Shown: positions 11,022 to 24,161, counted from the stretch's first letter. The stretch is DNA of 64,000 bases from Iphione sp. A-MEVVRFRX5 (GCA_976226885.1 OZ320313.1:115692001-115756000); one strand, 5' to 3'. Numbers and translations: made by a program. Notes: generated by a model from the sequence alone, not told the origin.

Positions 11022-14000
11022 TAAAGAAAGAATGCTTCCAATATGTTAGAGCATCTAAAATAATACCTAATTTAAATATAATTTGCATAAAATCTGCAGA
11101 GTGTCCACAGATATGTTTAAATTTCCACAAAAGTCCATGCAATTTCCACAAATATGCCTCAATTTTGACAAAAACCACGCAATATCAACAAATATGCACC
11201 AATTTTCAGCAAAAATACACGCAAAAAGTAAACAATTGACCGAGGGAAGGAGAAATAAATAATTGCACTACTCCATTAGAGAGCATCAGTCCTTAACCTT
11301 TTCAGCACTTAATTCAAACAATGGTCACAGTGATGCCTTGGTGACCACATTCGACTGTAGTCAGTACAGATACCAGTAAAATAAACTAGCAGAAACTCTT
11401 TGCGACATAACTGATTGGGACACGGCCCGAGGCAAGAATCCCTGCAGTAAAGATAGTGCAAAAGTGAACTGCGTTTAGCTGCTTGCCAATTCTACTGACT
11501 TGCATATGCTGCTAACTGAGGAGCCCAGTCCAAATATCATAGATTTAGATGACACGTTTTTAGTTTCGGTAACGCTATCAGTCAATACGAGACCAATTCA
11601 CAGATCACAAGTCGTATTTGTATATTCTGGACTCGATAACTGAATGGTCATTTTGGTTCGATATCAAAATATTAAGTGTCGTTTCTACGAGCAATATCTT
11701 GAAACTTTGTATCAGGAAAACAAGTTTAGAATTTTTCAGTTGTAGAGAGTTCAGACTCGAAACTTAACTGTTCTTATAGGAGGCCTCGAAAGGGGGAATT
11801 ATCCTCACTGCTAAGTAAGACGTTAATCACAACTCACGAGTTCAGCTATCAATCAACTTAAATGATGTATTCTATTTTGTTTGTTCAGAATTCCTTTGAG
11901 TTATGTTCTATATTACAAGGTTTTGTCTCCCGATAAATGGCATGGGTGATCCACTGATAGTGCCTTCGTTCATGTTCATGGCATTCTGATGGCAAAAATC
12001 AGTGAAATACATCTTGCCGGGAAATTCAAAGGTCAATTTTAGATTTCTTATGTTAACACTGTTCTGAATACATTTATAAAATACACCCAGGGCCTTAGGA
12101 GTTTGGTAGAAATATACATTTAGTTGTATATTTTAGATGTAGACTGCTTTACTCTTCCGTTTTTTCTAGACCTCTTCGTCTGCAAACTTAACTATCAACA
12201 TTGAACATGCATTTTGAGAGGAGACAATAGAGCTACAGTAAAAGCTAAGTTAAAGTTGGCTCTCCAGCGGTCATATCGTATTCCAAACCAGCAGTGAACA
12301 AAGGATATAATAACTACTTTGTCCTGTGATTTCAAAGTTGCTACGCCCACACCACAACTCTAGCTAAGTGTTATACCAAATTCATCTAAATGCTGTCCCC
12401 ACCCTCCTTCAGCCCAAACCTTCTCACTAACAGCCAAAGGTCACTTTCTTGGTAAAAGAAAGACTTTTAAGATTTTGTATCACAAAACAAGATAGTATAT
12501 TAGCTTTAGCGATAGTAATTTAGCTTTTCTTCTAGGAATTGTGAAGTTTCTTGTTTCAATGATAACCTTTTCCCTTACTTTTTGGCTGCGTTGTACAAAT
12601 CATCTTCTTAATATGAGAAGAAAATATAAATTTTAGGGGGAAAAGTTTTGCGTTTTTACTTTTTGATACCAAATCTTAAAATAGGAGCTGTGCTAGTAAA
12701 GTTACCATGTTAGAATCTCAGAGCTGTATCGGATATGAAGGTATGTAGGTAATAACTACAGTATTCTAGCTGGGCAGTATTCTAGCTGGCTGATACTCAA
12801 AGAATGCTCAAATATCAACCCTAAAGCAATACTTCAACATAGAATAGCTATTTTGATCTTGACAGTAGATTTATTTTGGTAGGGGGTCACTCATAACTAC
12901 AAGTCGGGATGCGATCATGACGCTATATGAAACATGTTGATGAATGCCAAAATATAGCTCCCGACTGATTGCTACACTTTAAAACAAATTTTCATATTTA
13001 AAACTTGATTTGTCTAACACCTTTGGTACGTTTTGATATACATTGTATTAATCAAATTGATACAATGATTACCATGTTTATAACCGGCTTATACTAATAT
13101 TTAACATTCTGATAGGGACAACAGAAAAAGATTAATGGTAGTTATCTTTACTCATGTACGACATCAACACCAGCTTCTTGAACATGTTAACAATTCAATA
13201 CTTGTGTTTGGTATCAACACATTACCTTTTTCAACTGAGAACATTGTCTTTAGTGTATATCAGTGTAAATGTTAAAACATCTTTCTGCGGCGGTATATTC
13301 TTATGTGTCTAAGGAAACATAGACAACCCCACCTGGCAATAGCTCTATAGGCCATTCAATTTCCATATTATGAAAAGAAATCCGTCTCCAATAAAACCGA
13401 TGCCTGCACTGTAACCCCTCGTCCCGCGGAGTAATATCTGCAACAATCTTTGTGTTTCTGCGTCGTGTCTCTGTTCAGTTCACTATTCTGATTATCAGTT
13501 AAAACATTCATAGTATGAAGATTGGTTTACTGGCTAAGAAAAAACTAATCGAATGACATCCTCTACACGTGAGGGGAATAGAGTCACCTTACCGATTTCT
13601 ATGGCAGGCAGATTGTGTAGAATCCTTATAAAACTTTATGAAATAGTTAGGTAAGGTTCCAACCTCATCGAGTATTTATAAGAGACAGCAAACAGATATT
13701 ATCTGATTGCGGGCAAAGAGGTTTGTATTGAGAAATGTCTGAACATTGTGAATAGTTGTCTTGGGATATTGACAGAAGATGAAAAAAGATGCGAAGAGCA
13801 TAAACATTATAGCTATATCTTGTACGAGAAGCGGTCTTGGTTGGGGGGGGGGGGTAAGGAGGTGTGTTTTAGGACTTCCTTTCAGTGAGTTACTTCTAAG
13901 CAGGGGTTAGTTAAGAAACTCAAAAAAGGGTTCAAGCCGAATTGGAATCGGAATTGTTACTCAAGAGGATACAGTCTATGTATCAAGAATAAATATATGC

Positions 14001-14495
14001 TGCAAGTATATAAATATAGATATACGTATATGTGAATATGTTTATAAAGAAGAGCAGAAAGGGCATGGATTCTCACGTTGTAATTTGGAATCACATATAT
14101 TAGGGAAAACAGAAAACGACATTTCCACGTGTCTAGTAGAGACACAGCCCATCATGTCTCCCGTCGCATCTCGTGCAAAACAATCTTTTCTTGTTATTGT
14201 TATTGCCATAATAAAGGGCTTGGTGAATGGTCATGGTTAGTTTACATCTTTATCCTGGGATAATGTATTTTGTTTTGTAAGAAAGATGCGACGAGAAGCC
14301 TTTGAAGCGGTGTAGGGGAAGATGTGATCGCGGCTGCATGGAAACCATCCTGATTGCTTGGGTCTTGATAGCAAAACCACAGGATAGGCGGTTCGTCAAT
14401 CGCCTGCTGATTAAGTCGTCTGTTTATTTACTGTCATTACTATCATTCTTGCAGTATCTATGACTAACCATGTACCTCTTTAAGACCTGACAAAC

Positions 14496-15360
14496 ATGAG
14501 GTATGTCTTTCTGAGAACGTTGTACTCGGTCAAGTCACTTGCAGGTAAGACACAAAGAGCCTTGGCAAATGAGCCCACAATAGGAAGGACTCAGGTTTCC
14601 ATCTTGGTAGATTGTGAGAAGTCTTTCAACCCTAAGGTCAAGAAGTCCCATCCAGACTTTACTCTCCTCGGAGAGACCATTCTTCTCCATAAAGATGGCT
14701 CTGTCTGACCCTGTCACCCAACGAAAGTCCATGGCTGTGACAGAAGAGTTTGTAATCAAGTATTTCGCCGTATCCGCTGGCTGGCTCATCAGGTTCAAGA
14801 CGGGACACTCTATACTGGACCAGACAGTCTTGGGGGAAAAAAAGACTGTTTTAGAGCAGGTAGTGCTCAACTTGAAGAAGGGGTTGCCTCTGGATATTTC
14901 TCCAAGGGTATAATGAACAAAATATCCTAAACGTCAATGCGACCAGTATCTTCTTGCAGATCCTCTCAGGCCATAAACTAGCAGTGAAGGGGCGATGATA
15001 CAGCTGGAGACCAGAGGGCAAGGAGAGGAAATTTTCTATTCTCAGTTCCTCCGTGGCAGGGCATCTATGCCTATCATTTAGACGTTTATAATGAATGAGA
15101 GCCATCATACATGTAGATCTAAAAATGCAGTACAAGAAGCAAACGTGACAGCAAACGTGGCAGTGATGATGTAGATGACCTTCCTCTCACCATTTCAATC
15201 CGGAGATCCGGAGAACTTGGGGCCATCTGCAGCCCCAGGGTGATCTTGGGTCTCTGGAAGAGTTGGAGGACACGGTGAGCTGCCCTGTCTATGACCGGAA
15301 GGACAATGATGCGGAGGAGAAGCTGATTCATGAGGCCAATGATGAAGAGATTGACAATTG
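14496..15360 (+). pseudogene. Decayed pogo/Tigger (CENP-B-like) DNA transposase, frameshifted and internally deleted
   Basis: Successive frames give GKTQRALANEPTIGRTQVSIL (CENP-B N-terminal HTH), LSDP...FAVSAGWLIRFKTGHSI...VLGE (Tc5/CENP-B HTH motif F.AS.GWL.RFK.RH.I), YNEQNILNVNATSIF (decayed N.DETGLF), then LAVKG...KER, followed by an acidic tail (EELEDTV...DNDAEEKLIHEANDEE). There are multiple stops and frameshifts, and no TIRs were found. Confidence 0.85.
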
Positions 15361-16451
15361 AGGAGCAGCAAGAGGGTCTCTACCCTGGTATTTGCACACC
15401 TTGAATTGATGGGGATATTGTACAATATCAGGAGCCATTGCATCCAAGAATTCTTTGGAAAATTTACCTCGGGCCATGGATTCCATCTGTGAGATCATAT
15501 CCCCAGGACAAGAATTCAGTCTTGATCTGACTATGTTTTTCTTAAGTAGTGATTGTTAATAGCTTTCTTGCCAAAATCATAAGTAAAATTCTATGAGTTC
15601 AAACGTTTTGGACCCTCCGACCTGTCAACTGTGCATTTAAGGACCATAGAATAGTCCCTAATGGAATTCGCAACTTTTCATACATCATGTAAGCTACATG
15701 GGAAAATGTTTTTGCTTAAATATATGTTGCTGATAATATCCAGTGAAATGATCTAGTCCCTTATTGCCTGTAAACATCTGTGCTGATCAGTCATAACGCC
15801 GAAGAGAAATCCCACATGCAAGCATTTATACTTAAAAGGTCGATACGTGTGTTCTCGACAAGTAATTATTGCTATACATATCATGGGGGTTGCGAACTGT
15901 CAGGGATGGGAGAGAAATCGCCATTAGTCTATCAGGCGCTGATTACTACAGCTGTCAGTCAATGCCAGCTCTCACATCAACAGGCCTCACAGCTCTGGGC
16001 ACACGGAGTCCCGCACACAGAAAGGCCTTCCAGAGGAAAACAGTCCGTTGTACAAACGGCAAAAACAGGCTACGTCCTTTGATCATACAAGAACGTGTTG
16101 TTGGTACACAACCGAGCGATTTGTGTAAATACTGACACGTCGACAATAACATATACATGTATCAACTTCGGCCCAAAAAAGATTATGTCAGGGCGTAAAG
16201 AAAAAGACAGATGTGACACTTGAAGTGTGCATATTAAGCGGAATCAGCGTTTAGTAATGCTGCAACTATACGAATGCGTGCTAGCCTTGTCATTTATTAT
16301 ATGGTATTTTAGGTGATTCTCTTCAAAACCATTATAAAAAGACATATTCATAAAAGGTTTACGAGGTAGTCCTACCAAGTATATTCAATATCTGAGGAAT
16401 TTGGTTTTGTTCAAAATCTGTCCATATAGAGTTATTACTTTCAAAGCTTGA

Positions 16452-16929
16452 GGCCCGGTTTCCATACATGCGGTGATGTCCGTATGCGTTGACATGCATT
16501 ATTAAAGATATATAGAGAAACAATGACATGGTTTCCATGACTGCAGCAGCCGTCTGTGTGCTTTGACCTGTGTTGCCCGTTTTCGGACTTTTTCTCATCA
16601 GTTTTGCCGTTTTTTATGGGGGGCGGGGTTTAGCATCATTTCTGTCCTTTTCATCCCTTTTCCCGTCATTTTTGCCGTTTTTGCAGGGGTTTTAGCATCA
16701 TTTTTGTCCTTTTGCATCCTTTTTTCCATCATTTTTGCCGTTTTGGGGTTTTTAGTTTTATCATTTCTTTCTTTTTTCGTCATTTTTCCGGTCATTTCCT
16801 GCACACCAATGCACACATGTATGGAACATCCCTGTGCGTTGCTGTGCAGTAAAAGTACAACGCACTGGAAATGCATGCAGACCTCTGCCACAGTTCGCCG
16901 TATACCAATGCATGCAAGGAAACCAGGCC
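16452..16929. mobile_element. PIF/Harbinger-type MITE 'B' (478 bp), related to A
   Basis: TGA|GGCCCGGTTTCCATACATGC ... GCATGCAAGGAAACCAGGCC|TAA. It shares a 33-bp block (gtctgtgtgckttgacmtgygttgcccgttttc) with A, exactly 100 bp from the left end in both. Its T-rich tandem core is different. Confidence 0.75.
16595..16800. repeat. Degenerate T-rich minisatellite (about 63-68-bp unit with shorter subunits), core of MITE B
   Basis: The anchor tttgccg occurs at 16603, 16671 and 16734, and the subunits tcattttt recur. Confidence 0.8.
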
Positions 16930-17430
16930 TAAAGGAACGAAAATTTCACAAATATTTCATGGTGATTCACTCTTTTTGATTTCTCTGCAGAAATCCGTTA
17001 CTTTATATTTACTTACATGCTTATATAATTACGAACATTGAGATACATAATTACAAACATATCCAAGCCATTCAGACTATTTTGAGTATCAGCACTCCGT
17101 TCCATTTTGAACATTATGAGAGGTATTACACTCCAAAGAAATATTATAGAAATTGTACGGTATAAAAGAACGTATAGCGTTAGGACTGTTAGGGGATACA
17201 TTATCAGTACACATTAGTGACCACATAGATGAGTAGATAGTGTGAATGCGATTTGCACATGCGTCACTGACATGTTCGGTCCGTTCAACTGTCGGTGTCG
17301 TGGAAGAAAACGATACATTGTGTCATATCTTTGTCTACATATATCTACGGCATACCAGGCTCGACATTTCGACCATATGCTACTATTAGGGACAGGGAGC
17401 GGCAGCATGGCATGCTTGGTGCGGGTATGT

Positions 17431-17451
17431 GGGGGTGAGGGTGGGTGGGGG
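17431..17451 (+). other. Canonical G-quadruplex motif
   Basis: GGGGGtgaGGGtGGGtGGGGG, with loops of 3, 1 and 1 nt. Confidence 0.55.
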
Positions 17452-20400
17452 TTTTCGGCTTCCAAGGTCATTCGCCTCCTAATCTGATCGTCGATAGATT
17501 ACACCGGCGCCTGTGACGGTGGATCATAAAGGGAGCGATTAGACCAACCGCCAGGATGCACACACGTGGTTATAGCCTCGATGGCTTCCACCGGGCCGTA
17601 CGCCTCTAGCCTATTCAATGGCCTCACCTTCAGGAAAACGCATTGTCGGTAGCTTAAGGGCGTTGTCTTCTACTAAAGTGTGACAAATCTAATGTGCTTG
17701 TTTTCATGAAGCCTGTTGGATACGTGCATTGTAAGGCCAATGTAAACCTCCAGTGCGACCTCGCGAAACCCGCAGACGTTGGAGGCATATGTACAACCTT
17801 GTTTTCGTGCAATGGTCAAGAATACAACTTACCAGGCGTGTAAAATAAACAGAGGTCCCATGACAAAAATAATATTAGTCTAGGTGCCAAGTCGTATGAG
17901 CAAAGCTGTAGAAGAATATTTCACTGCACCAACGGAGTGATGCAGCTCCTTCTTCATATAGTACATGCTACCGCAATCGGCCTAAACATTTTACGTGTGG
18001 CACATTATAGTCAACATCTAAAGCACTTTTTGGCTTGTTGCTGAATGTAACGGGTAAAAGAATGCAAATAATCATGCATTCGGCTACCGCAAATAAACAC
18101 GCCTTGGGTTACCGTAAACATTACCCAAAGTAAAACCTTCAGTTAAATTAGTTCAGTCCAGCATGGAATTTGGATTCATGGGCATTTGTTCATTGGGCTT
18201 GACTATATACTTGCATGTATAAAATGTCAAAAGCCACATAATTTTCGAATCTTTGAATACCGATGATTCGTTTTTTTCTGTAAAGCAGTAGTTTTGAGGG
18301 AAATATTTTGTTCTCTAAGGTATAATACAATTGTCTGAAAAATGCACAGATTAACAACGAAAAGACTTCAGTGTATTCTAACCAAAACATGGCAAACCCT
18401 TCTCTTACCAGCTTTCATATAGGCACTAACTTCATGGAAAGTTTGGATAAAGTGCAGATAGATGCATATGCCTTATTCACATGCATACATTTCCGTTTTA
18501 AGAAGGAAAATCATTATTCGTCTGGCATCCCCTTGTAATACTATACACTTTATGCAAATACAGATACAAAAGAATTACAAATGGACACATCATTGCCCTT
18601 CATATGTTAACCATGGTATGTGCTCTACCTAAACGCGGAAAAATCTTGAATACTGATCTGACTGTACATAGTCAAAGATAGGTGTTTGTTAAATCATCTT
18701 CTTACTGCAAGATTACGTTTTTCACCATGAACAGGTTTCATCACGAACATTTCATTAAGTAACTAGTGGCAGGTCGCTATCTCTAGTTTGTATACGTGGT
18801 TAAGCCACGGCAATCCCCAGCTTCTTAAAGTGTGACTATTTCCTATTCATTGCAGTAGCGGCCCACATTATGGTCAGAAGAGTTTAGAAGACAGCTTATA
18901 CGATCAGAACCGAAAACTGATCTTGCAGTGACTGATTTTATGTACTTCGATCTGCCAAATGTTTTTCGCGCCATCCTTATGCCACAATAATTAACGAAAA
19001 TTCAACTCTTACGTTGCCTTAAACAATATGTATGTAACTAAACTGCTGTGAAGACGTTAGAAATGTGCTCGTTTGTTTTCGCTGAAATCATTGGCAAAAA
19101 GGATTGGAATGGGAACGCTCTTCATTATTCTATGTGGGTCTCGTGATCGGAGCGAAGGGACAGCGAAGAGGATGGCATAAGTAGTACATAGCAAAGTGGG
19201 TTAAGTTGCGGTTCATATCCCAATCTCTAATGATGATAGAGGTATCATAACTGACAACGCATATATTGATATGTAAATTTTGGAGGTTTCTTTGCTATTG
19301 CACCAAGAAAAATGAAACGCTCATTTACATGTATGTCTTATTTTCAATGTAAAGGTTCACATCGACCACTAGATACAGTCAACTTAACATCAAAATGTTG
19401 CCAGTAAAGAATTTCGGCATTTCTTTCTATGAATAAAAAGAAATTGGGAATGCTGTACATACTGACATTCTGATCTCTAACAGATTTTTCGAACCACGGA
19501 CCGATCAAACATTCATTTATCAAAACGCTCTGCTCGAGGTAATGTTCAACAAAGGTACCCATCCAAAACCTTCCACTGAGAGGGTGCAAAATGTATGATT
19601 CAATACGATTTGTTTACAATACAATTCAGAGTTCCTCCGTATTTGTCTGATCAATAGATGACAACCACATGTTCCGCATCGGTGTGACAGCTATTCAACT
19701 ATCATGCAAATTCCGCCTGCTGATGGGGAATCGTGAGCAGGTGCTAAAGTTTGAACGATTTTTTTACTGCCCATCAGTTAGCAGGAACAAACTTCCGTTT
19801 CAAAACGCGCGCTGCTTATACTGACGTAACTACGAATTGAGGAAGCACCGTTGTTTTCAAAGAGTAAGACCCTCTTACAACGGAATGCGCGAGGACCACA
19901 GGTAAATCCGTGAAAGTCCGTGTGATTTAGTCATGAGAGGTGTGGTGCACTGAATTATCAGGGGCTTAATCCAAGACTGGGGGACAAGTGCGACTCATGC
20001 TAATACCCACGAGTATAAACTAAAGTCGTGTTAAATTAGCCATGCTGCATGGAAGCAATCCTGGCGGTATAAAGAAGCTTACGTAAAACCTGCCTGACTT
20101 ATCCTGACCCCTAAACCTTAGCAGTTCCTTCGGTGGAACAACACACCCCACCTGTCGCCGGTTTGGGCCTGGGAAGGCATTGTGCATGTTGCAACAATTT
20201 TTAAATCAACGAGATTTCTATCACTAATGCTATTAACCCAAGTGACCGCTCCAGCAGCATGACAGAATACCCCATGGAAAAGACATTACCGTTACACTCC
20301 AGAATACTTTGTCGGTAACCCAATTTAAGTTGTTTCTGAATTTATGGACGATGTTTTATAAACATTGCCTTTAAGAAGGGAGAATTTGGGTCATCTCTAG

Positions 20401-21724
20401 CAGGCTTGCTGAAAAAAGATGTGGTTGATCTGGAAGGGTCTAATGGCACTTTATAGTAACATAATATATTATGAGAACAGCTAGCACCGAGGGCAAGCCA
20501 AAGGGATTAGATTACCATCACTTGCCTGCAAGCAAGGCTCATTTATATCCCCAAGTTGACCCGAAACACTGGGCATAGAGACGGATGGACATTACTAAGG
20601 CACCGCTACTGGGCCATACATATTACAGATATAGTATTATATATTTTATAAAGACATATATTGCATTTCAAAATTTGAATCATCGGTATACGAGCTTGAT
20701 CAACGTACCATTACATTTCATGGAATAACGACGCCAAAACAAGGTACGGCTGGAATATACATGTACTTGGTTTTGCGAAGGTTCTGGGTTCTAGATCATA
20801 TTGTCAGGTATCCATTGTCACTTGAAGTTTTGTTAAAATATATTTGGTTGCCATGTAAAAGGGGTCACATGGAGAATTCAGCATGCTAGCATATTTTGTA
20901 GACATAAAAATACAAATATGCTTTAAAACTTTAGATAACAGAAATATTTTCACTACATTATCAAATATTTTCTGAGAAACACCGGAGGGTTTTATCTCCA
21001 GAGCTTATCAGCAGTCTTTAATGAATCATTGGTAGAAACAATACTCAAAGTGTGACTTATGATGTCCTATAACCTTATTTATTCAGATATAAAGTTATAT
21101 GTAATAATTGCATAATATTATTTAATTATTACATAGAGCCTTATGTAATAATGGCTCTCGTTTGTCAATTTCTCCCATGAAAATAATGAGGAAATTCATA
21201 GTTTGTTTTGGTTAGGAGTCATATTTGATAAGTACTGTTTAACCAATTAGGATTATATGCATTTTGATATATCCCATGATGCATTAAATCTGTATCAGTA
21301 ATGTCAAAGTCTATGATGATGCACTATTTTTGCATGAATTATGTATACTTACAGGAAATGAGAAAATGTATTCCAAATCACATACAGACACAAATTAGGT
21401 AACAAAACACTGGAAATCATTTACTGAACACTTTCTCAATGGAACGTTTTCTTCCAGCATCAATATTATTCAATGTTTGCCTCCAATTAATGGAAATCAG
21501 GCTAAATTAAATGTACTTGTTAAAAATTGTACATGTTAGATCCTGTCTTGTTGCTACAGGAACCCCAAATATAAAATGACAATGTTTTCAAAATAACATG
21601 CAATTCAAGGACTTTCACATGATATATAACATTATAAAAAATCTCTTGTATTAAACGCTGCAGCTAAACATAATAAGAGAATACTACTGCAGTGCGCTGA
21701 TATAAATGGTCATTTGAGCTATCT

Positions 21725-21775
21725 TGGAAGCCAGGACAGATCGAGCCCACAGGGCAAAGTCTGTCCTGGCTTCCA
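21725..21775. repeat. Perfect 16-bp stem hairpin inside an AT-rich repeat-like tract
   Basis: tggaagccaggacaga-N19-tctgtcctggcttcca, with an inner gccc/gggc pair. Confidence 0.85.
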
Positions 21776-24147
21776 GGGTGAGCAACATGGCTGTTTATAT
21801 CATTGCATTGCAATTGTATTCCTTTTATTTTTTACTCCTTTTATCATAAACACATGTTTTATATGTGTAGATGCCATTTTGACCAATATTTTGAAGTTTT
21901 TCAGAAGAGGATGTCATGTTCGCTATGAACTGGAAGAACAAAAACTCACATATTTTGGTGTTTTGAGCATGCGCACTGCCCTGAAATTGTGTTTACTTCT
22001 GGTTAGTATCGCGCATGATGCCCTCATCTGAAACCCTTCTTATAAATCGAAATATTGGTAAAAATGGCTAGAAACATGCCAGAGAGGTGTGTTTATGATT
22101 TATATGTCATTTTGTCTTGGTTTAATTCAAAACATTCTATTCTACCCATAGTTCTATCAACAAAAATCAAGTCAAGAGATGTTTGCCATTTTGTGAAATA
22201 TGGTCATGTTGACAAGAATTCTTACTGACCTTGGTCCAAACAGACCTTCATATGGATAATTTTCCAGTATCCTGGCATCGGAGTATAATAATACATTAAT
22301 CTACAGGTATCCATTCAAAAGGCTTCATTTTATACGGTCTGGAAGGGGTTAATCTAGCATGTTTCTACACATATATCTTCAATACTAGATGCCTTTGGGC
22401 ATTAGAGAAACACACATGCAGTTTATCAGTGTTTTATACATGCACAGACGTGTTTCATTGTACACGTTTGAAACTTAATGGCCCTCTTGAATATTTACTT
22501 TCGGAATTCAACAGAACTTAACATGTACATTCGGATATAACAACGGTCGGTTTCGCTTCTTCCCAAGAAAGCAGGATAATGGAAGATTCCAGGTATTTGT
22601 GAAGAAGCGCACTTGTCTGACTAGTCGGAGCTTCTTTGAGTTAGTTGGAGCAATTGGAGTATCTGCCATAGGTCAGGTCCTTTGTGGCAGGCCTGGGCAC
22701 GCGATCACTACCGTCAACACAAGTACCACAGCGGATGCCCCCCCCTACGACAGCAGTTATTCTTGGCGAGAGGAATGCGCAATCAGGGAGGCTCTATTGA
22801 CAGTGTAGACAGTGTATACACATTCAGGGACCACTTATGGGACCTGTATTGATCCCACCATTTCCAGGTGACGTTGGTCCGGTGGGTCGTCGCCAAATCG
22901 CGGCGCTTTATCGTCTTCTTACTTTGAACGACGCTCGATCCTGCATGGATGACTGCGGCTGGTTGTCCGTCCGACTGGCAACCAGCCAGACTGTACCAAG
23001 GCCAGTAAGGAAGGCGGCTTTTAGACGGGCTTAACCAAGAGGTACGAGATCCAACAGCTTGTCCCCAACTCCAAAACGATCGTGTTAAATACATGGTGTG
23101 CTATCTGCCTTTGCTGCGAAAGGAACTAAAGAACTATGGAAACCTATCTTCTTCTTCTTCTTTGGCCACCACTATTTTTATGATCTGTATTTTTATTGCA
23201 ATCTACGCTCATATGGTTTGGCTGAACTTTTAGCTCTGATAACTCGAATCCCCTGTACTCCCTGTTTCCATCATCTGTAGAGATCCCTTGGAAATCTTTT
23301 GGTGAGTGTTGATAATGCGCACCCATCTTTGGGAGGTCATGTGGAGAGCCACTGAAGCTGGTTTATGGTGTTTTCGGGGCGCGACCCGTCGACGGTACGC
23401 CGCTTCAAATGACCATGCCATCTCTTGGGGCACGTCCATTATGTGATATAAACGACCACGTCATCTATAGTGTAGCTTCTCTGCACCCGAACTGTGCCCC
23501 CAACGCTGCCAACCACGCGTCACCTCAGACTCCCCCAACCTACTACCGCCACCGCCAAAGGTTTCTCTGCCGTCCCTTTTTTATGTTGGGTTTTACTACG
23601 AGAGACTTATGCATACCCATAGTGCTCAGATTAGGAAGCATCGGCCATGATTTCTTTATTGTCGGTGACTTGATTACCGGATTAACTCGGCTCGCTGGCA
23701 CGGTTTGTGAAGAATGACTAAATTATACATGCATCGGAATGGGCGCTAAGATTGGTACATCAGCACGCTGGGGAGAGAGACCGGGGTCCAGAGGACAGAT
23801 AGCAACCGATAGACATTAAGAATGATAGAGCTGACGACGGAGGGGCAAGGACAGAGATAAGAGCGAGAGGGTTTTGAGTGAGATGCCGACAGACAGACAT
23901 ATAGATTCTGATTTATGAGACGAAGAGATAAAGAGAAAGTAAGGTGGAATGGCGCTAGGTACTGTAAGAATCAGCGAAAGCGAGTGGATTATTAGATAAC
24001 ATCCGTTGCTACCGCTTAAGTCTAGCTTCTCAGGACCCATGGGTGGGCAGGTGGACTCCTCCACGAGGCTAGGGAGGGTGGTGGCTCATCATGCTAATAC
24101 GCCGTCGATCCGAGAGTGATGAATCAGATTAAATGATCCATCACCCG

Positions 24148-24161
24148 CCTGTAGAGGGCAG
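24148..24161 (+). promoter_or_regulatory. CTCF-like motif CCTGTAGAGGGCAG
   Basis: 13/14 match to the same core, in the same orientation as the site 720 bp downstream, and immediately followed by CCAATC. Confidence 0.3.

Larger units (their letters stand above)
9581..11240. mobile_element. Host Harbinger-type MITE 'F' (left part about 9581-9797, right part 11025 to about 11240), split by two inserted MITEs
   Basis: The left part shares catgtgtct, tctggastccgttg and tccagaggg with copy D. Rejoining across the insertions gives cagtgTAAagaaagaatgct..atatgttag, which aligns with copy E (cattTAAagaaggaggaatgct...atatgttag). The right part carries three ~41-bp core units. Its ends are degenerate or truncated. 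Confidence 0.65.

Noticed and set aside
14763-14792. CUGAUGA...GAAA hammerhead-like core on the minus strand
   Set aside because: There is no stem I, and it lies within the pogo HTH coding remnant, so it is coincidental.
16563-16979. 138-aa hydrophobic ORF and the K-rich antisense ORF 16598..16891
   Set aside because: Both are translations of the T-rich minisatellite in MITE B.
17765-17810. Faint nucleotide resemblance to exon 3 (possible mutually exclusive duplicate)
   Set aside because: About 65% identity with gaps, no AG acceptor and no conserved peptide, which is at chance level.
22345-22352. piggyBac-like right end GGGG|TTAA
   Set aside because: No matching left TIR was found.
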